A stretch of 64,000 nucleotides of DNA from Clostridiales bacterium Firm_18 (GCA_001604215.1 LVAX01000054.1:11180-75179); one strand, 5' to 3'; positions 1-10,329 are shown, counted from the first letter of the stretch. Notes: generated from the letters alone by a model not told the origin. Numbers and translations are program-made.

Positions 1-1183
1 TCATAATCGCCATATTATCAGTTCGGCTTATTAAAACACCCTGAGCTTTATAATAAGTTCTTTTTCCCAAATCAATAGGCATATTAATTTTGGGGCGTTC
101 AATCTCATTCCATCTCAAAAGCATCATCACAGTGTGAATATCTTCTGTAAAATCCAATTCCTTTTCTTTGTAATATAAATTCAAACGCCGGGCTGCATAC
201 CGTTGATTGCTGTCCAGCGGAACTTCACCAAATCCGCAGTCAGATACAGCAGGGTAATCCCCTTTAGAAAGTTCGCTTTTAAAACCGAACAATGCCGTTT
301 GAATGTTGTTCGGAGAATTAAACATATCAATTTTATTGTTTGTAAGCCTTCCTATGAGATCGCTGAAACTCAAAAATTTTGAAAAGCCATATCCCCAATA
401 TGATAAACCTTCATGAGAATATCCATCTTTGAAAGCATCTAAGTATTTGCTTATCATTTTTTCATACAATGCAATATGAATAGCTTTTTCCCGAAGATTT
501 TCACCATACCATAGCAAGCTTGCCACAGCACCGCTAATACATACACAAAGCCAGTTATTGCTGTTTTCCAGCCAAAACAGAGGTGGTCTGCCGTCGGCAT
601 TTATCAAAGCTCTTTTGCCGACGACAGCATCTTTGTATATAGAAAGCACCTTTGTTTCAATATATTGCTTGATTTTATTTCTCAGCTTATCATTTAATTT
701 ATCATTCAGTATACAATCGCAAACCGCAAATCTCCAAGAGAAAGAGGACGATAGTAAATCAACCAGTTCTATTGAATCTTCGCTGCCGGTGTATCCAAAA
801 GCTGAATAATGCCCCGGTGATACCCAAGTGTTTACATTGCACATATAGTTAGCATAATCTACTATGTAAGATATATACTCCCCGTTATTTTCTATTGCCT
901 CTGCCAATGTAAGCTGTTCAATAATACGCATTGTTTTCATAAGATTAACGGGTGGGGATTGCTGCAGCATTGAGTTATTATAGTTTATCACTTGATTATG
1001 GCTCTCTGTGATATATTCGGCAATCTTTGCCTTTAATGCGGCTGCATCAAGCTCCTTTTCATATTTCAGCCATTTTTCCCTGTGGCCAATAGGCGTTGCC
1101 ATGAAAGATTCGTCAAATTTTATAATCCCTTCTATGTGCTCCGCCCGTTTTAATACTTTATCATCAATATAGTTGATATGCAA
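1..1183 (-). CDS. heparinase II/III-like (polysaccharide/oligosaccharide lyase-type) protein, truncated by the window edge
   Basis: Absent from the ORF track because it runs off the window. My minus-strand translation from TTG 1183 (AAGGAG at 1195-1200) is stop-free to position 1: LHINYIDDKVLKRAEHIEG...ENSNNWLCVCISGAVASL...DGYSHEGLSYWGYGFSKF. The NNW and EG-x-SYWGYG motifs recall heparinase II/III-type toroids. No signal peptide is visible. The exact start (TTG 1183, GTG 1195 or a later ATG) is uncertain. Confidence 0.6.
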   Translation of the reverse strand, partial: MHINYIDDKVLKRAEHIEGIIKFDESFMATPIGHREKWLKYEKELDAAALKAKIAEYITESHNQVINYNNSMLQQSPPVNLMKTMRIIEQLTLAEAIENNGEYISYIVDYANYMCNVNTWVSPGHYSAFGYTGSEDSIELVDLLSSSFSWRFAVCDCILNDKLNDKLRNKIKQYIETKVLSIYKDAVVGKRALINADGRPPLFWLENSNNWLCVCISGAVASLLWYGENLREKAIHIALYEKMISKYLDAFKDGYSHEGLSYWGYGFSKFLSFSDLIGRLTNNKIDMFNSPNNIQTALFGFKSELSKGDYPAVSDCGFGEVPLDSNQRYAARRLNLYYKEKELDFTEDIHTVMMLLRWNEIERPKINMPIDLGKRTYYKAQGVLISRTDNMAIM

Positions 1184-1207
1184 TATGCCTGCCACTCCTT
1201 TAAGCGA

Positions 1208-4042
1208 TTATTCCGAGCCATGCACAATATATTTTCCATAAAGCAAATATCCTACTTTCCTGATATCCTTTGTTCCATACATATAATCTTTCAAATGGTC
1301 GTACACTCTGGAATCTATTTTTGCATATTCCAGATATAATCCATGTAATGTTGTTACCAATCCGCCGGAATCGTCAACAAAATTGTAAAACTTCCCGCTT
1401 GTTGTGTCAAACCGCAAAATCATGTTTGCAAAAGGCACCATCATCGATCTCGTTATGCCATACCTTCCTGATTCATAAAATTTCATTAAGAAATACAAAT
1501 CATAGGCACCGTGACTAATATCTTCGCGAACACCGCTGCCTTTTTGATACCACCATTGTGCTACGTTCATATTGTCTTTTTCTACGATTTCAACTGTTGA
1601 AAAGAAATAATCAATGTTTGTTTTTATGATTCCGGTGTATAATGCCCTGCGTTCCGGCTTCATATTTAAAATTTCATAGGCATCTATAAGGCTGTTCATT
1701 GTTGACAGTCCAATCCACTCACGATTCCACGGCCCAATTTCACCTTGCCAGCTTTCAGCAAAAACAGGTTTCCACTCTTCGCCTATGGGATATCGCATCT
1801 CATTTGTTTTAGCGTCATAATAGTATTTAATGCGATAGTTATAGACTGAATAATCGGCACTTTCTAAATACGCTTTAGCCCTGTCCAGATAAGTTGGTCC
1901 ATATCCATACTTATCTTCAACGGGTACGTTTACATTCCACAATGTATTATTCTGAACAATCAACCTGCCAACATCCGCAAGAAAATTGATAGCTCCGTAA
2001 AAATCACAAACCCATATAGCCTCGCCCTTTGAATAAGCTCTGTTAAATCCGGGCCAAATAGGCTCTTTAAGTCCGGTTTGCAGCAAAATTCCATCTTCCC
2101 TTAAATCATTTCTGGTTGAAACAAGTATATCCATGTATTCCACCAATTTGTTCAGGAAAAACAAATCTCCCGTTATCTTATATAGGTTAATGACACTATC
2201 TATAAGGTTAAAACTTTTACCGAACAGCAAATCATCATTGGCATTGTCAAAGGGATAAGGAGCTTCAGAAACTACGTTTTTAAAACTTTGAATATCGTCC
2301 TCGGTTAACGGTCCGTTTAAATCCTTTATGTAGAGCTGCTCTTCAGCTTTTGCCCACATTTCGTTTCTCTCGGGAGTAGGATTGTGCGGATAATAGAACG
2401 GTGAATAGGCCGACAAAGCCATTTTTCTGAATGGTCTTTCATAATCACCCAATCTAAAGTTATCCATCATAACAACATTACAGTTTTCCTGCCAGCCATG
2501 CTTTACATATAATCCAATTCTGGCATTGTAGGGTAATCCTTCGTGTATGTATTCACCGCTTCCTTTGAGAGAACCGTCTACATACCATTTAATTGCATCG
2601 GAATTTTCATCTGTACCCCTGGTTAAAATAAGAGTACACATAGACTCCGTCTGTTCTCCGTCCAAAAGGTATTCTGCTCCTATTCCATCCGTCAGGGTAA
2701 AGAATGTATATGATCTGTTTACCTTAATGGGAATATCTTCAATTAGAATTCCCGCAGACTGATAGTTTATGTTAGGCATTTTAAACTGAACGCTTACTGC
2801 TTGCCCCGGTATAAAAGTTCTGTCTATGCGTTCCCAGCTGAAATCGTCCCCCCGTGCAAGCTTGTTGGGAACGAACATTCCGTCCGTAATATTGAAATTC
2901 TCCATTTTATGATTTCTTCGATACTGAGAGCTGCTGTCAATTTCAAAATCGTCCAAAATCGGAATTTGCCTTGCTAAAATCTCGTTGGAAGGTGATAAAA
3001 TACTAACAAGGCTATTTATGAGCTCCGCTTCGTCAGACTTAAATATATCTTTAATTTTGCTCAATACAATCAGCCCTGAATCATCCCAAAGCACCTCAAG
3101 GCCAAGGCTTTCACTAATCTGCCTTAATGGAACAAAAACTCTGTCGTTTCTTTTTTTCACAATTACGGCTTGCTTATTACCATGAATACACATTTTTTGA
3201 CTTTGCACATCAATTTCAATGCGTTTACCATCTAACTCCATAAACACAATATCCTTTGGATCCCATACCACAATACCCCCAAATTCCTCAGCAACAAATC
3301 TGACCGGAACATACACTTTATCATCTTCCAGAACGGGTACAACCTCTTTGTCAAATGGGTCAATAAAGGTAAGCTCATTATTGGAAATCGCTTCCGGATA
3401 ACCTACAATTAATACAACTGCTTCCTCAAGCCTTTCCGAAAGCTTTCTGGCAATCTCCTTTTGCTTATTAATTGCCGCCTTACTGTCAAAAATCTCAAGT
3501 TCAGATATTTTAAAACCATAATATTGCCCGCGTTCTACCGTTCCGTTAGGAATACAGCTGAGGATGTTTATTCTTACATACTGTGCCGTTATCGGCGGAA
3601 ATGTCTGCCTAATGGCAGTGCCGTTAGTGTTTGTAGTCTCTACTATCGTGTCCCATATTGAGCCGTCATTTGAATATTCCAATGCATATGTTTCAATAAA
3701 CGATGTCTGAGATGAAGATAGCGGATATACATTTATACTATCAAAGGTCATACCCTCCTCCAGATTTACGGTAACGAACCCTGTTCTCACTGTTGACCAG
3801 CTCTCAAACGCAGTAGTCCTGTCATTATCAACTGCAAAATAAGGCTCCTTTGCATATCCGTTAACTAACCCGCCGTTTGCATTGTACAAAACTGATGTAA
3901 CCTCTTTATTCAATGCGTAATTTTCAATTTCTACCGCTTCTTCTGCTAATTTTTCAAAAATATTTTCCGAAAAAACCGTTAATATGTTTACACATAAAAA
4001 TATACATAGAATAAAAAGTATCGCAACCTTTTTAACCATCAC
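1208..4042 (-). CDS. secreted 944-aa multidomain carbohydrate-active protein (F5/8 type C discoidin-like domain, copper amine oxidase N-terminal-like stalk domain, unassigned C-terminal ~400 aa)
   Basis: ORF track. Signal-like N-terminus MMVKKVAILFILCIFLCVNILTVFS. Discoidin-like YALEYSNDGSIWDTIV...AQYVRINI. Stalk-domain pattern VPVRFVAEEFGGIVVWD...VFVPLRQISESLGLEVLWD. Short gaps to both neighbours (17 and 24 nt). Confidence 0.85.
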   Translation of the reverse strand: MMVKKVAILFILCIFLCVNILTVFSENIFEKLAEEAVEIENYALNKEVTSVLYNANGGLVNGYAKEPYFAVDNDRTTAFESWSTVRTGFVTVNLEEGMTFDSINVYPLSSSQTSFIETYALEYSNDGSIWDTIVETTNTNGTAIRQTFPPITAQYVRINILSCIPNGTVERGQYYGFKISELEIFDSKAAINKQKEIARKLSERLEEAVVLIVGYPEAISNNELTFIDPFDKEVVPVLEDDKVYVPVRFVAEEFGGIVVWDPKDIVFMELDGKRIEIDVQSQKMCIHGNKQAVIVKKRNDRVFVPLRQISESLGLEVLWDDSGLIVLSKIKDIFKSDEAELINSLVSILSPSNEILARQIPILDDFEIDSSSQYRRNHKMENFNITDGMFVPNKLARGDDFSWERIDRTFIPGQAVSVQFKMPNINYQSAGILIEDIPIKVNRSYTFFTLTDGIGAEYLLDGEQTESMCTLILTRGTDENSDAIKWYVDGSLKGSGEYIHEGLPYNARIGLYVKHGWQENCNVVMMDNFRLGDYERPFRKMALSAYSPFYYPHNPTPERNEMWAKAEEQLYIKDLNGPLTEDDIQSFKNVVSEAPYPFDNANDDLLFGKSFNLIDSVINLYKITGDLFFLNKLVEYMDILVSTRNDLREDGILLQTGLKEPIWPGFNRAYSKGEAIWVCDFYGAINFLADVGRLIVQNNTLWNVNVPVEDKYGYGPTYLDRAKAYLESADYSVYNYRIKYYYDAKTNEMRYPIGEEWKPVFAESWQGEIGPWNREWIGLSTMNSLIDAYEILNMKPERRALYTGIIKTNIDYFFSTVEIVEKDNMNVAQWWYQKGSGVREDISHGAYDLYFLMKFYESGRYGITRSMMVPFANMILRFDTTSGKFYNFVDDSGGLVTTLHGLYLEYAKIDSRVYDHLKDYMYGTKDIRKVGYLLYGKYIVHGSE

Positions 4043-4059
4043 GCATTTTCCTCCTTCGA

Positions 4060-6669
4060 TTAAATATCGTATACTATTATTTCGTTGACCAATGCCCCTC
4101 TGGAACGCATAAAAATCACACTTCCAGGTTGAACATCAGACAATTTCCCCAACATATATTTTGACTTGCCTTCCGACTCATGATAAATATAAACCTTAAC
4201 GTTATCCTGGTAAGGGAATACGATATAATCGGTCATTACACCTTGAAGAGGATTTTCTTTAATTGACACCTTCAAAAATGAATTCGTTTTTTCATATAAG
4301 CGGCAGAAAGTGGTTTGAAAATAGCTTACACCTGCTGTATCTATGCAGTCTAAAGTGTTAAACATTTCCGGTTTATCCGCCACTCTAAACAAAGGATTAA
4401 TGCCTACTATTTCATTTTCATCTGCTTTCAGCTGTATAACATCCCCGGGCTTGACTGTCCCAACCAGGTTTTCGCTGAGTGTATAGTTTATCTGCTTTCC
4501 TTCGTATAACCCTTTAACAAGGAACACTATATTCCCTTCGTCGTCCAAAGCATTAGTTATGCTTCCAATCAGACAAATGGGCAGATTTTTCTTATCCTCC
4601 GTAGAAAACTCCTCGGAAACAGATGTAAAATAAACATAAATTGCTTCGCTTACGCCAAAATCATCAATGTTGTAGGACTCAATATACACCTTATATCCTA
4701 CATTCTGCAGCATCTTAATTTTTTTCTCGTCGTAATTATCATTAATTTTTCTTGGTACAAAAAATATTTTTGTTTTGTCGTTGTAAAAACAATCCTTGCC
4801 GTTTCCGGCTATAATCTTTTTGCCGTGGGCTTCTGTAACAACTTGATAATCTGTAAAAAGAGACAAGCTTTCCGTTTCGTTTATTCCGCGATAAACAGTA
4901 TCAATTTTATTTATTTTATTGTGGGAATTTAATGAATACCGCACAGGTAATGGGTTTTCGATTATATTAGCTTTAAAAAAATCAAATAATTCATTTTGCG
5001 TTACATTATTCGCTCCATCCAGGCTTATTTTTATATCACACTGATAAATATTAATCTCTCCACGGTCATTTACCATTTTAACACTAACATTATCAGCGAT
5101 TCCCCGATTTTGACTATAGTCCAAAATACAACCATATTGCATGCTGCTGCCCGATGTCAGCACGCCTGCAATTTCTCCAAACGTGTTAAGGCAAAATGTT
5201 GCATTATGTGTTACATTTATTTTCACTTCACCGGAAATTATCTTTTCATAAAAATTCTCACTAAGTTTATATTCAGCGTTGCTTAACACTATCCTCTTAT
5301 CTGATTCGCCATACTCATTCACAAGGCCTGAGACCTTTTTCACAGACCTGATTATAGAAACAACTTCTTTTTCGTGGTTTTGCTTAACAGTTAAAATATC
5401 ATTTAAGGATATTTTATTAATATCAATCTCTTCACCACTTTGGTTGACAATTTCAAGCTTCTTAACATCATTTAAATCCAGCGGAGATCTTGCATATTTG
5501 TCATAAATTATCTTCTCATTCGGGAAACATGCAGAAACGAAATACTCATCGTAGCTATTGACTATTGCCACATCATATATACCATCAAAACTGTTATCTA
5601 TAAGCTCCACGGAGCCGGTCTTCGGTTTTAGCATGCTGTCTGTATATTCAAAGCAGGCTGTATCATTGTATATAACCTTAATGCCGTCTAATGTTATTTC
5701 TGCAGTTTTACCGCTCTCGTTATAATATACAAATCTGTTTGCATTGGTAGATTCGCTTATATCCTCAGCCTTTACGAGCAGGTTATTTCCACGGCTTTTT
5801 TCATCATCGATATGTAAAATTGTATATTCATTCTGTTCCTCTTTGAAATATATTGTAACATACCTACCTATGTATAATTCTGCATCTGTTTCGCCTGGCC
5901 GATAATTAACTTCATCTATAACAACAAAAGGTATGTTATTTAGTTTTTGTGTCAAAAGAGTAGTGTTGGAATTCCGGCTTACAATGCCTTCCGACTTAAA
6001 AATACCGTGGTACTCACTAAGCACGCTTTTTCCTTTTTGAATATTAATTTCCGCTCTTTCACCCGCAACTATAATTTTGCAAATATCCACATTCAAAGAA
6101 TTATACATTAATTTGGCAACTTCTTCACGCGTCATTGAATCAGAGCTTATATTAATTCCTTTCAATAGTCCCAGTTCAGACGCTAAGGAGAGATATCCCA
6201 TCGGATATCCCCCTTTCTCTTTTGCTTGGAAATCATACCCCAACGCCGCCACAATAATCCGTACCGCCTGAGCAGGGGTAACATCCTCATCGGGCATAAA
6301 CCTCCCGTCCGGATATCCTGCAACAAGCCCTAATTTTACGCAATAAGTTATTTCGTTATAAGCCCTATGCTTTTTATCAACATCGCTAAAATATTTTTCA
6401 TTCCCTGTAATCTGTAAGTCATCAAAATTTAAAAGTCTGCAAATCAGCGCAATAAATTCTGCTCTGGAGACATTGCTTTTGTTTTTGAAACTTTCGTCGA
6501 AATTATCCTCCGCAATACCCAGATTTTTAAGCACCTCTATTTCATACAAAAACCTGTCCGCGTTGCTGTTTTCAACAACCGGATCTGCAGATAAAGCTAT
6601 ATTGGCACACGCCAGATTTGCCAAAATCAACAATATACTTAACAGATACTTAATTTTAGTTTTAACCAT
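4060..6669 (-). CDS. SLH-domain cell-surface protein, 869 aa, no recognisable catalytic domain
   Basis: Signal peptide MVKTKIKYLLSILLILANLACANIALSA. N-terminal SLH repeats (FSDVDKKHRAYNEITYCVKLGLVAGYPDGRFMPDEDVTPAQAVRIIVAALGY). GGYPMGYLSLASELGLLKG is paralogous to GGFPTGYTVVAGEIGLLKNG in the 22130-24799 protein. Confidence 0.85.
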   Translation of the reverse strand: MVKTKIKYLLSILLILANLACANIALSADPVVENSNADRFLYEIEVLKNLGIAEDNFDESFKNKSNVSRAEFIALICRLLNFDDLQITGNEKYFSDVDKKHRAYNEITYCVKLGLVAGYPDGRFMPDEDVTPAQAVRIIVAALGYDFQAKEKGGYPMGYLSLASELGLLKGINISSDSMTREEVAKLMYNSLNVDICKIIVAGERAEINIQKGKSVLSEYHGIFKSEGIVSRNSNTTLLTQKLNNIPFVVIDEVNYRPGETDAELYIGRYVTIYFKEEQNEYTILHIDDEKSRGNNLLVKAEDISESTNANRFVYYNESGKTAEITLDGIKVIYNDTACFEYTDSMLKPKTGSVELIDNSFDGIYDVAIVNSYDEYFVSACFPNEKIIYDKYARSPLDLNDVKKLEIVNQSGEEIDINKISLNDILTVKQNHEKEVVSIIRSVKKVSGLVNEYGESDKRIVLSNAEYKLSENFYEKIISGEVKINVTHNATFCLNTFGEIAGVLTSGSSMQYGCILDYSQNRGIADNVSVKMVNDRGEINIYQCDIKISLDGANNVTQNELFDFFKANIIENPLPVRYSLNSHNKINKIDTVYRGINETESLSLFTDYQVVTEAHGKKIIAGNGKDCFYNDKTKIFFVPRKINDNYDEKKIKMLQNVGYKVYIESYNIDDFGVSEAIYVYFTSVSEEFSTEDKKNLPICLIGSITNALDDEGNIVFLVKGLYEGKQINYTLSENLVGTVKPGDVIQLKADENEIVGINPLFRVADKPEMFNTLDCIDTAGVSYFQTTFCRLYEKTNSFLKVSIKENPLQGVMTDYIVFPYQDNVKVYIYHESEGKSKYMLGKLSDVQPGSVIFMRSRGALVNEIIVYDI

Positions 6670-6692
6670 AGACTTAATACTCCTATTAATTT

Positions 6693-8372
6693 TTATTGAG
6701 TCAATTTTTCCAGGCTTGTTATTCTGCTTATAACTATAACACTTTCTGCCCTGGTTGTAAATGAATAAGGTTCAAACATACCGTTTCCCTTTCCATTAAT
6801 GATTCCTGCTTTGTGCATAATATTTACATCAAATACCGCATACTGACTTATTCTATCTTCATCCGCAAAGGCCTGAATATTCTGTTTGATATTCATCTTT
6901 AAATTCAAATATTTTATCATTCGATATGATATTACAGCCATTTCCTCCCGGGTTATCAGCCTGCCTACTCCGAAATGACCGTTCATATCACCTTTAACAA
7001 GCCCAATTTTTTGTGCGGTTGCAATATGCCTGTAATACCATGCATCCTCCGGAACATCTGTAAAGTTGGTTTTTGCGTCCTTCATAACCAATCCATATGC
7101 CTCAATTATTATTTTTACAAATTCCTCTCTCGTTATATAGTCATTAGGATAGAATCTTCCGTCGCCTTTGCCTGAAATATAACCTTTTGATGCAAAATCA
7201 ATAATTTCTTTTTCTGCCCATGGTACACTTTCAAGATCGGAAAATGTTATAATCTCAGGCATTTTGACCTCCGGCTTAGCAAGGACATCTTGGGCATCCG
7301 CAGCCATAGTGACTCTGCTGCCTGCACCGCCCCCTCCTGATGTTTGCTTTGCAGGTGTTTTGACGGAATTTCTATAACTATCAACAGCATTTTCACCTGC
7401 CTGCACAATTTCTTCTATGCTGTCGAAGTCTTGTTTTATGAGAGCAGAATACAAAACAACCTTTTCCTCCGCGTTTAAGCTACTTACAGTAAATTTAAAT
7501 TTAATATTATCCTTCTCGTCCTCCAAAACCTTGGCGATGGTACTATTAACGGCATTATTTACATTAACAACGGAGGCTCCCTTTCTGAAGCTTTCCTGAA
7601 TCTGTATAATGGTATCAAAATTTTTCCCTAAAATTTGTTTATGAAAAACTTCTTTGTTTTTTATATATAAGTTATTGGTTATATCAAGTGAAAGCACCGG
7701 ATTGTATTTTTTAATAACAGCTTCCATGTTGCTTAAAGTCGCTTGGTTAACGTATCTTAGTGCCTCACTTTTAAATACTTGTAAAACCGCATGGTCAAAT
7801 ACAGGTTTAATATCAGATAATTTTTGATAATCATTCTCGGATATAATATTATATACCCCTGTTTTATCTTCAATTAAACTATAAATGCCGTCAATGTCAA
7901 AAAACAGTATTTTGGCATACCGTCTGAATTGTTCTATGTTTTCGCTAACAGTCCGAGATGTTAACTCATTAAAATAATGAAGCATCTCTGATTTTTCCTG
8001 CTCGCTTGCAATATACAATTCAGCATTTTCGACATCAATACCTGTAAACATAAGAATATAATATCCGCTTTCAACGTTTCCGCTTATTTTGCATATTAGC
8101 CTAAGCTTACCATCCGTATCGGTTACTCCAACATCCATACTTAAAGTAGCAAATTTATAATTATCCAACGTAAGATTGTTGAAGCCTTTTTTTAGTATGC
8201 TTACAGTTACGGTTCTGTCTGCTTCAGTTGTTACATCGGCATACAAGATATTTTCTTCAAAATCGAAATCAATCAACGCACTGTCTGCCGTGGCTGCCCA
8301 TGCAGTTAAACAACCAAGGACCAACAATAAAGTTGTAATGCAAATTGCCAAAAGACTTTGTTTAATATTCAT
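6693..8372 (-). CDS. SLH-domain cell-surface protein, 559 aa (three C-terminal SLH repeats)
   Basis: Signal peptide MNIKQSLLAICITTLLLVLGCLTAWA. C-terminal repeats FSDLESVPWAEKEIIDFASKGYISGKGDGRFYPNDYITREEF, FTDVPEDAWYYRHIATAQKIGLVKGDMNGHF and FADEDRISQYAVFDVNIMHKAGIINGKGNGMFEP. A Gly-rich linker (TSGGGGAGS) precedes them. Confidence 0.85.
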   Translation of the reverse strand: MNIKQSLLAICITTLLLVLGCLTAWAATADSALIDFDFEENILYADVTTEADRTVTVSILKKGFNNLTLDNYKFATLSMDVGVTDTDGKLRLICKISGNVESGYYILMFTGIDVENAELYIASEQEKSEMLHYFNELTSRTVSENIEQFRRYAKILFFDIDGIYSLIEDKTGVYNIISENDYQKLSDIKPVFDHAVLQVFKSEALRYVNQATLSNMEAVIKKYNPVLSLDITNNLYIKNKEVFHKQILGKNFDTIIQIQESFRKGASVVNVNNAVNSTIAKVLEDEKDNIKFKFTVSSLNAEEKVVLYSALIKQDFDSIEEIVQAGENAVDSYRNSVKTPAKQTSGGGGAGSRVTMAADAQDVLAKPEVKMPEIITFSDLESVPWAEKEIIDFASKGYISGKGDGRFYPNDYITREEFVKIIIEAYGLVMKDAKTNFTDVPEDAWYYRHIATAQKIGLVKGDMNGHFGVGRLITREEMAVISYRMIKYLNLKMNIKQNIQAFADEDRISQYAVFDVNIMHKAGIINGKGNGMFEPYSFTTRAESVIVISRITSLEKLTQ

Positions 8373-8394
8373 CCTTATCTCCTGTCATTAAACA

Positions 8395-10329
8395 TTAATC
8401 AACATATACTACACCAGTTAACGGCTTCAAGGTATTAATAGCATCCCACGCAAACAATTTTATAACGTAATCCCCCGATTCCGATACTGTAAAAATATTT
8501 TCGTAAGCTTTCCCGCCATTCGGCTCAATAGGAACATCTGTCGTTGCGATATGAAAATCTTTATAAAAACCGTCCTTATATATAATCGCTACAAGTATAG
8601 GCGAGATATCCCCGGAGGTGTTATTATTAAGGCTGCTTACAATATACAAGGAATCTCCGGCATCTAAGGATGTTAAATTATCTACCATATTATTCATCTG
8701 TATTTGATTCTTAAAAATTGTGGTTCCCTTAATATCCAAGTCTTTTCCTGAAGTATTGTCAGCAGGCCGGCTGATTTTAACTTTAACATAAGGGTGCAGT
8801 GTGCTTTCGGGTTCGTCCTTTGATGCAATCACAAAGCTGGACATAGACGTATCATGGGTACCGATACCATAGGTTAATATATTGTCCGAGTTCCCCGGCA
8901 GACGGTTTTTTAAATCCTCTGTAATGTCAACACTGAACCATTGATTTACTGTGGAGATAGTTGTGGAAGGCGGGGTATATGTAACACTTCCAACAGTGTT
9001 ATTGTTAACGGTTAAAGCGGGATTGTTTTTCAGCCTCATGTTTTTTTCCATCGCAAGTGTATATGTCAAGGTGGTTTCAGACCAATCGGAGCTCGGTATA
9101 TCGACTGCGCAAACGTCGAACGTGCGGTCTTTCCCCTTATTATAGCCATAATCCGTTTTTACATAAACCCAAAGCGCTGCCGAGTTTATTATCGCATTGT
9201 CTTCCAGCTCATCCAACATATCACTAAAATCGACTTTCAAAAATGCTTCCCGATGCCAATTAGCTGAAGCGATCTCCAATATAGCAGGTGTTTCGCTGTT
9301 GTAAATCATGTCTTTTCTGTCACCTGTCGGTAAATATACACTGCCTTCCTTTACTAATTCACCGAATATGTAAGTGTCTTCGGCAATCGGCAAATTCAGC
9401 TCGGTTTCTACCGCCTCCAGCACCTCTACAATCCTGTAATAAACATCGCAGCCATAGCTGTATGAAATAAAATATATTCCGGGTGTGTTAACGTCAATGT
9501 TTTGCTCCACAATTACCGAATCCGTTGCGTCTTCCCCGTTCAACCCAACGGCATAATATCCCGGTTCGCGATACTCCTGTCCCTGAAGCAGCGCAACATA
9601 ATTTTCGCCTTGCATAAATAACCCGCTTGGCATACTAACAACAATTTCGATATAAGGCTTTGTTATTTTCCCTTCGTTATCCGTTAGGGTTGTATCCTTA
9701 GAGCTTATCTTTATATTGCTGAAGTTAGCATGAGTTCCCAAACCGTATGTAACAACTGTCGAATTTGCGATGCTTTCCGTAAAATGTTCAGATATATCAA
9801 TGCTTTCCCACATTTTCGGATACTGCGCCGTAATATCATATACTACGCTGCCTATTACTTCTGCATCTGTTACGCTCGAAGCATAATTTGTTTTCAGGCG
9901 CATGCCCTTTTCAATTGACTGATTATAAGTGAGAGTCATTTCACTCCAATCATTAACAGGCACATAACACAAATCAATCTTTCTTGTTCTGGGGGTGCTT
10001 GCATTATAACCATAATCAGCGTCTATGAAAAAGTTTAAACTAACCGATTTTACCGTACTGTCTTCCGACAAGGATGATAAAAAATCCGAATAATCAACCT
10101 TCAAAAATCCTTCTCTGTGCCAGGAGCTTGATGCAATGTTAAGGTCCCCTTCTAATCCATAATTTGTATCGTTGTAATTCCCATCGGGTGTTGCAAAAGT
10201 GTATGTATCTTCCGAAATTTCAACCCTGAATGTTTTATCAACCATAACAACACTTGCAAAGGCATAATCAGGAATTAAAGCAGTTACAGCAAATATAATT
10301 GCGCAAACCATACATAATAATTTTTTCAT
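8395..10329 (-). CDS. secreted 644-aa protein with two tandem ~200-aa DNRLRE/carbohydrate-binding-like modules separated by an Ig-like segment
   Basis: Signal peptide MKKLLCMVCAIIFAVTALIPDYAFA. Internal duplication: SSWHREGFLKVDYSDF...VNDWSEMTLTYNQSIEKGMRLKTN versus ANWHREAFLKVDFSDM...SSDWSETTLTYTLAMEKNMRLKNN. The domain name is tentative and from memory. Confidence 0.8.
   Translation of the reverse strand: MKKLLCMVCAIIFAVTALIPDYAFASVVMVDKTFRVEISEDTYTFATPDGNYNDTNYGLEGDLNIASSSWHREGFLKVDYSDFLSSLSEDSTVKSVSLNFFIDADYGYNASTPRTRKIDLCYVPVNDWSEMTLTYNQSIEKGMRLKTNYASSVTDAEVIGSVVYDITAQYPKMWESIDISEHFTESIANSTVVTYGLGTHANFSNIKISSKDTTLTDNEGKITKPYIEIVVSMPSGLFMQGENYVALLQGQEYREPGYYAVGLNGEDATDSVIVEQNIDVNTPGIYFISYSYGCDVYYRIVEVLEAVETELNLPIAEDTYIFGELVKEGSVYLPTGDRKDMIYNSETPAILEIASANWHREAFLKVDFSDMLDELEDNAIINSAALWVYVKTDYGYNKGKDRTFDVCAVDIPSSDWSETTLTYTLAMEKNMRLKNNPALTVNNNTVGSVTYTPPSTTISTVNQWFSVDITEDLKNRLPGNSDNILTYGIGTHDTSMSSFVIASKDEPESTLHPYVKVKISRPADNTSGKDLDIKGTTIFKNQIQMNNMVDNLTSLDAGDSLYIVSSLNNNTSGDISPILVAIIYKDGFYKDFHIATTDVPIEPNGGKAYENIFTVSESGDYVIKLFAWDAINTLKPLTGVVYVD

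Noticed and set aside
558-809. 83-aa plus-strand ORF near the window start.
   Set aside because: It is antisense to the uninterrupted heparinase II/III-like reading frame that spans 1-1183.
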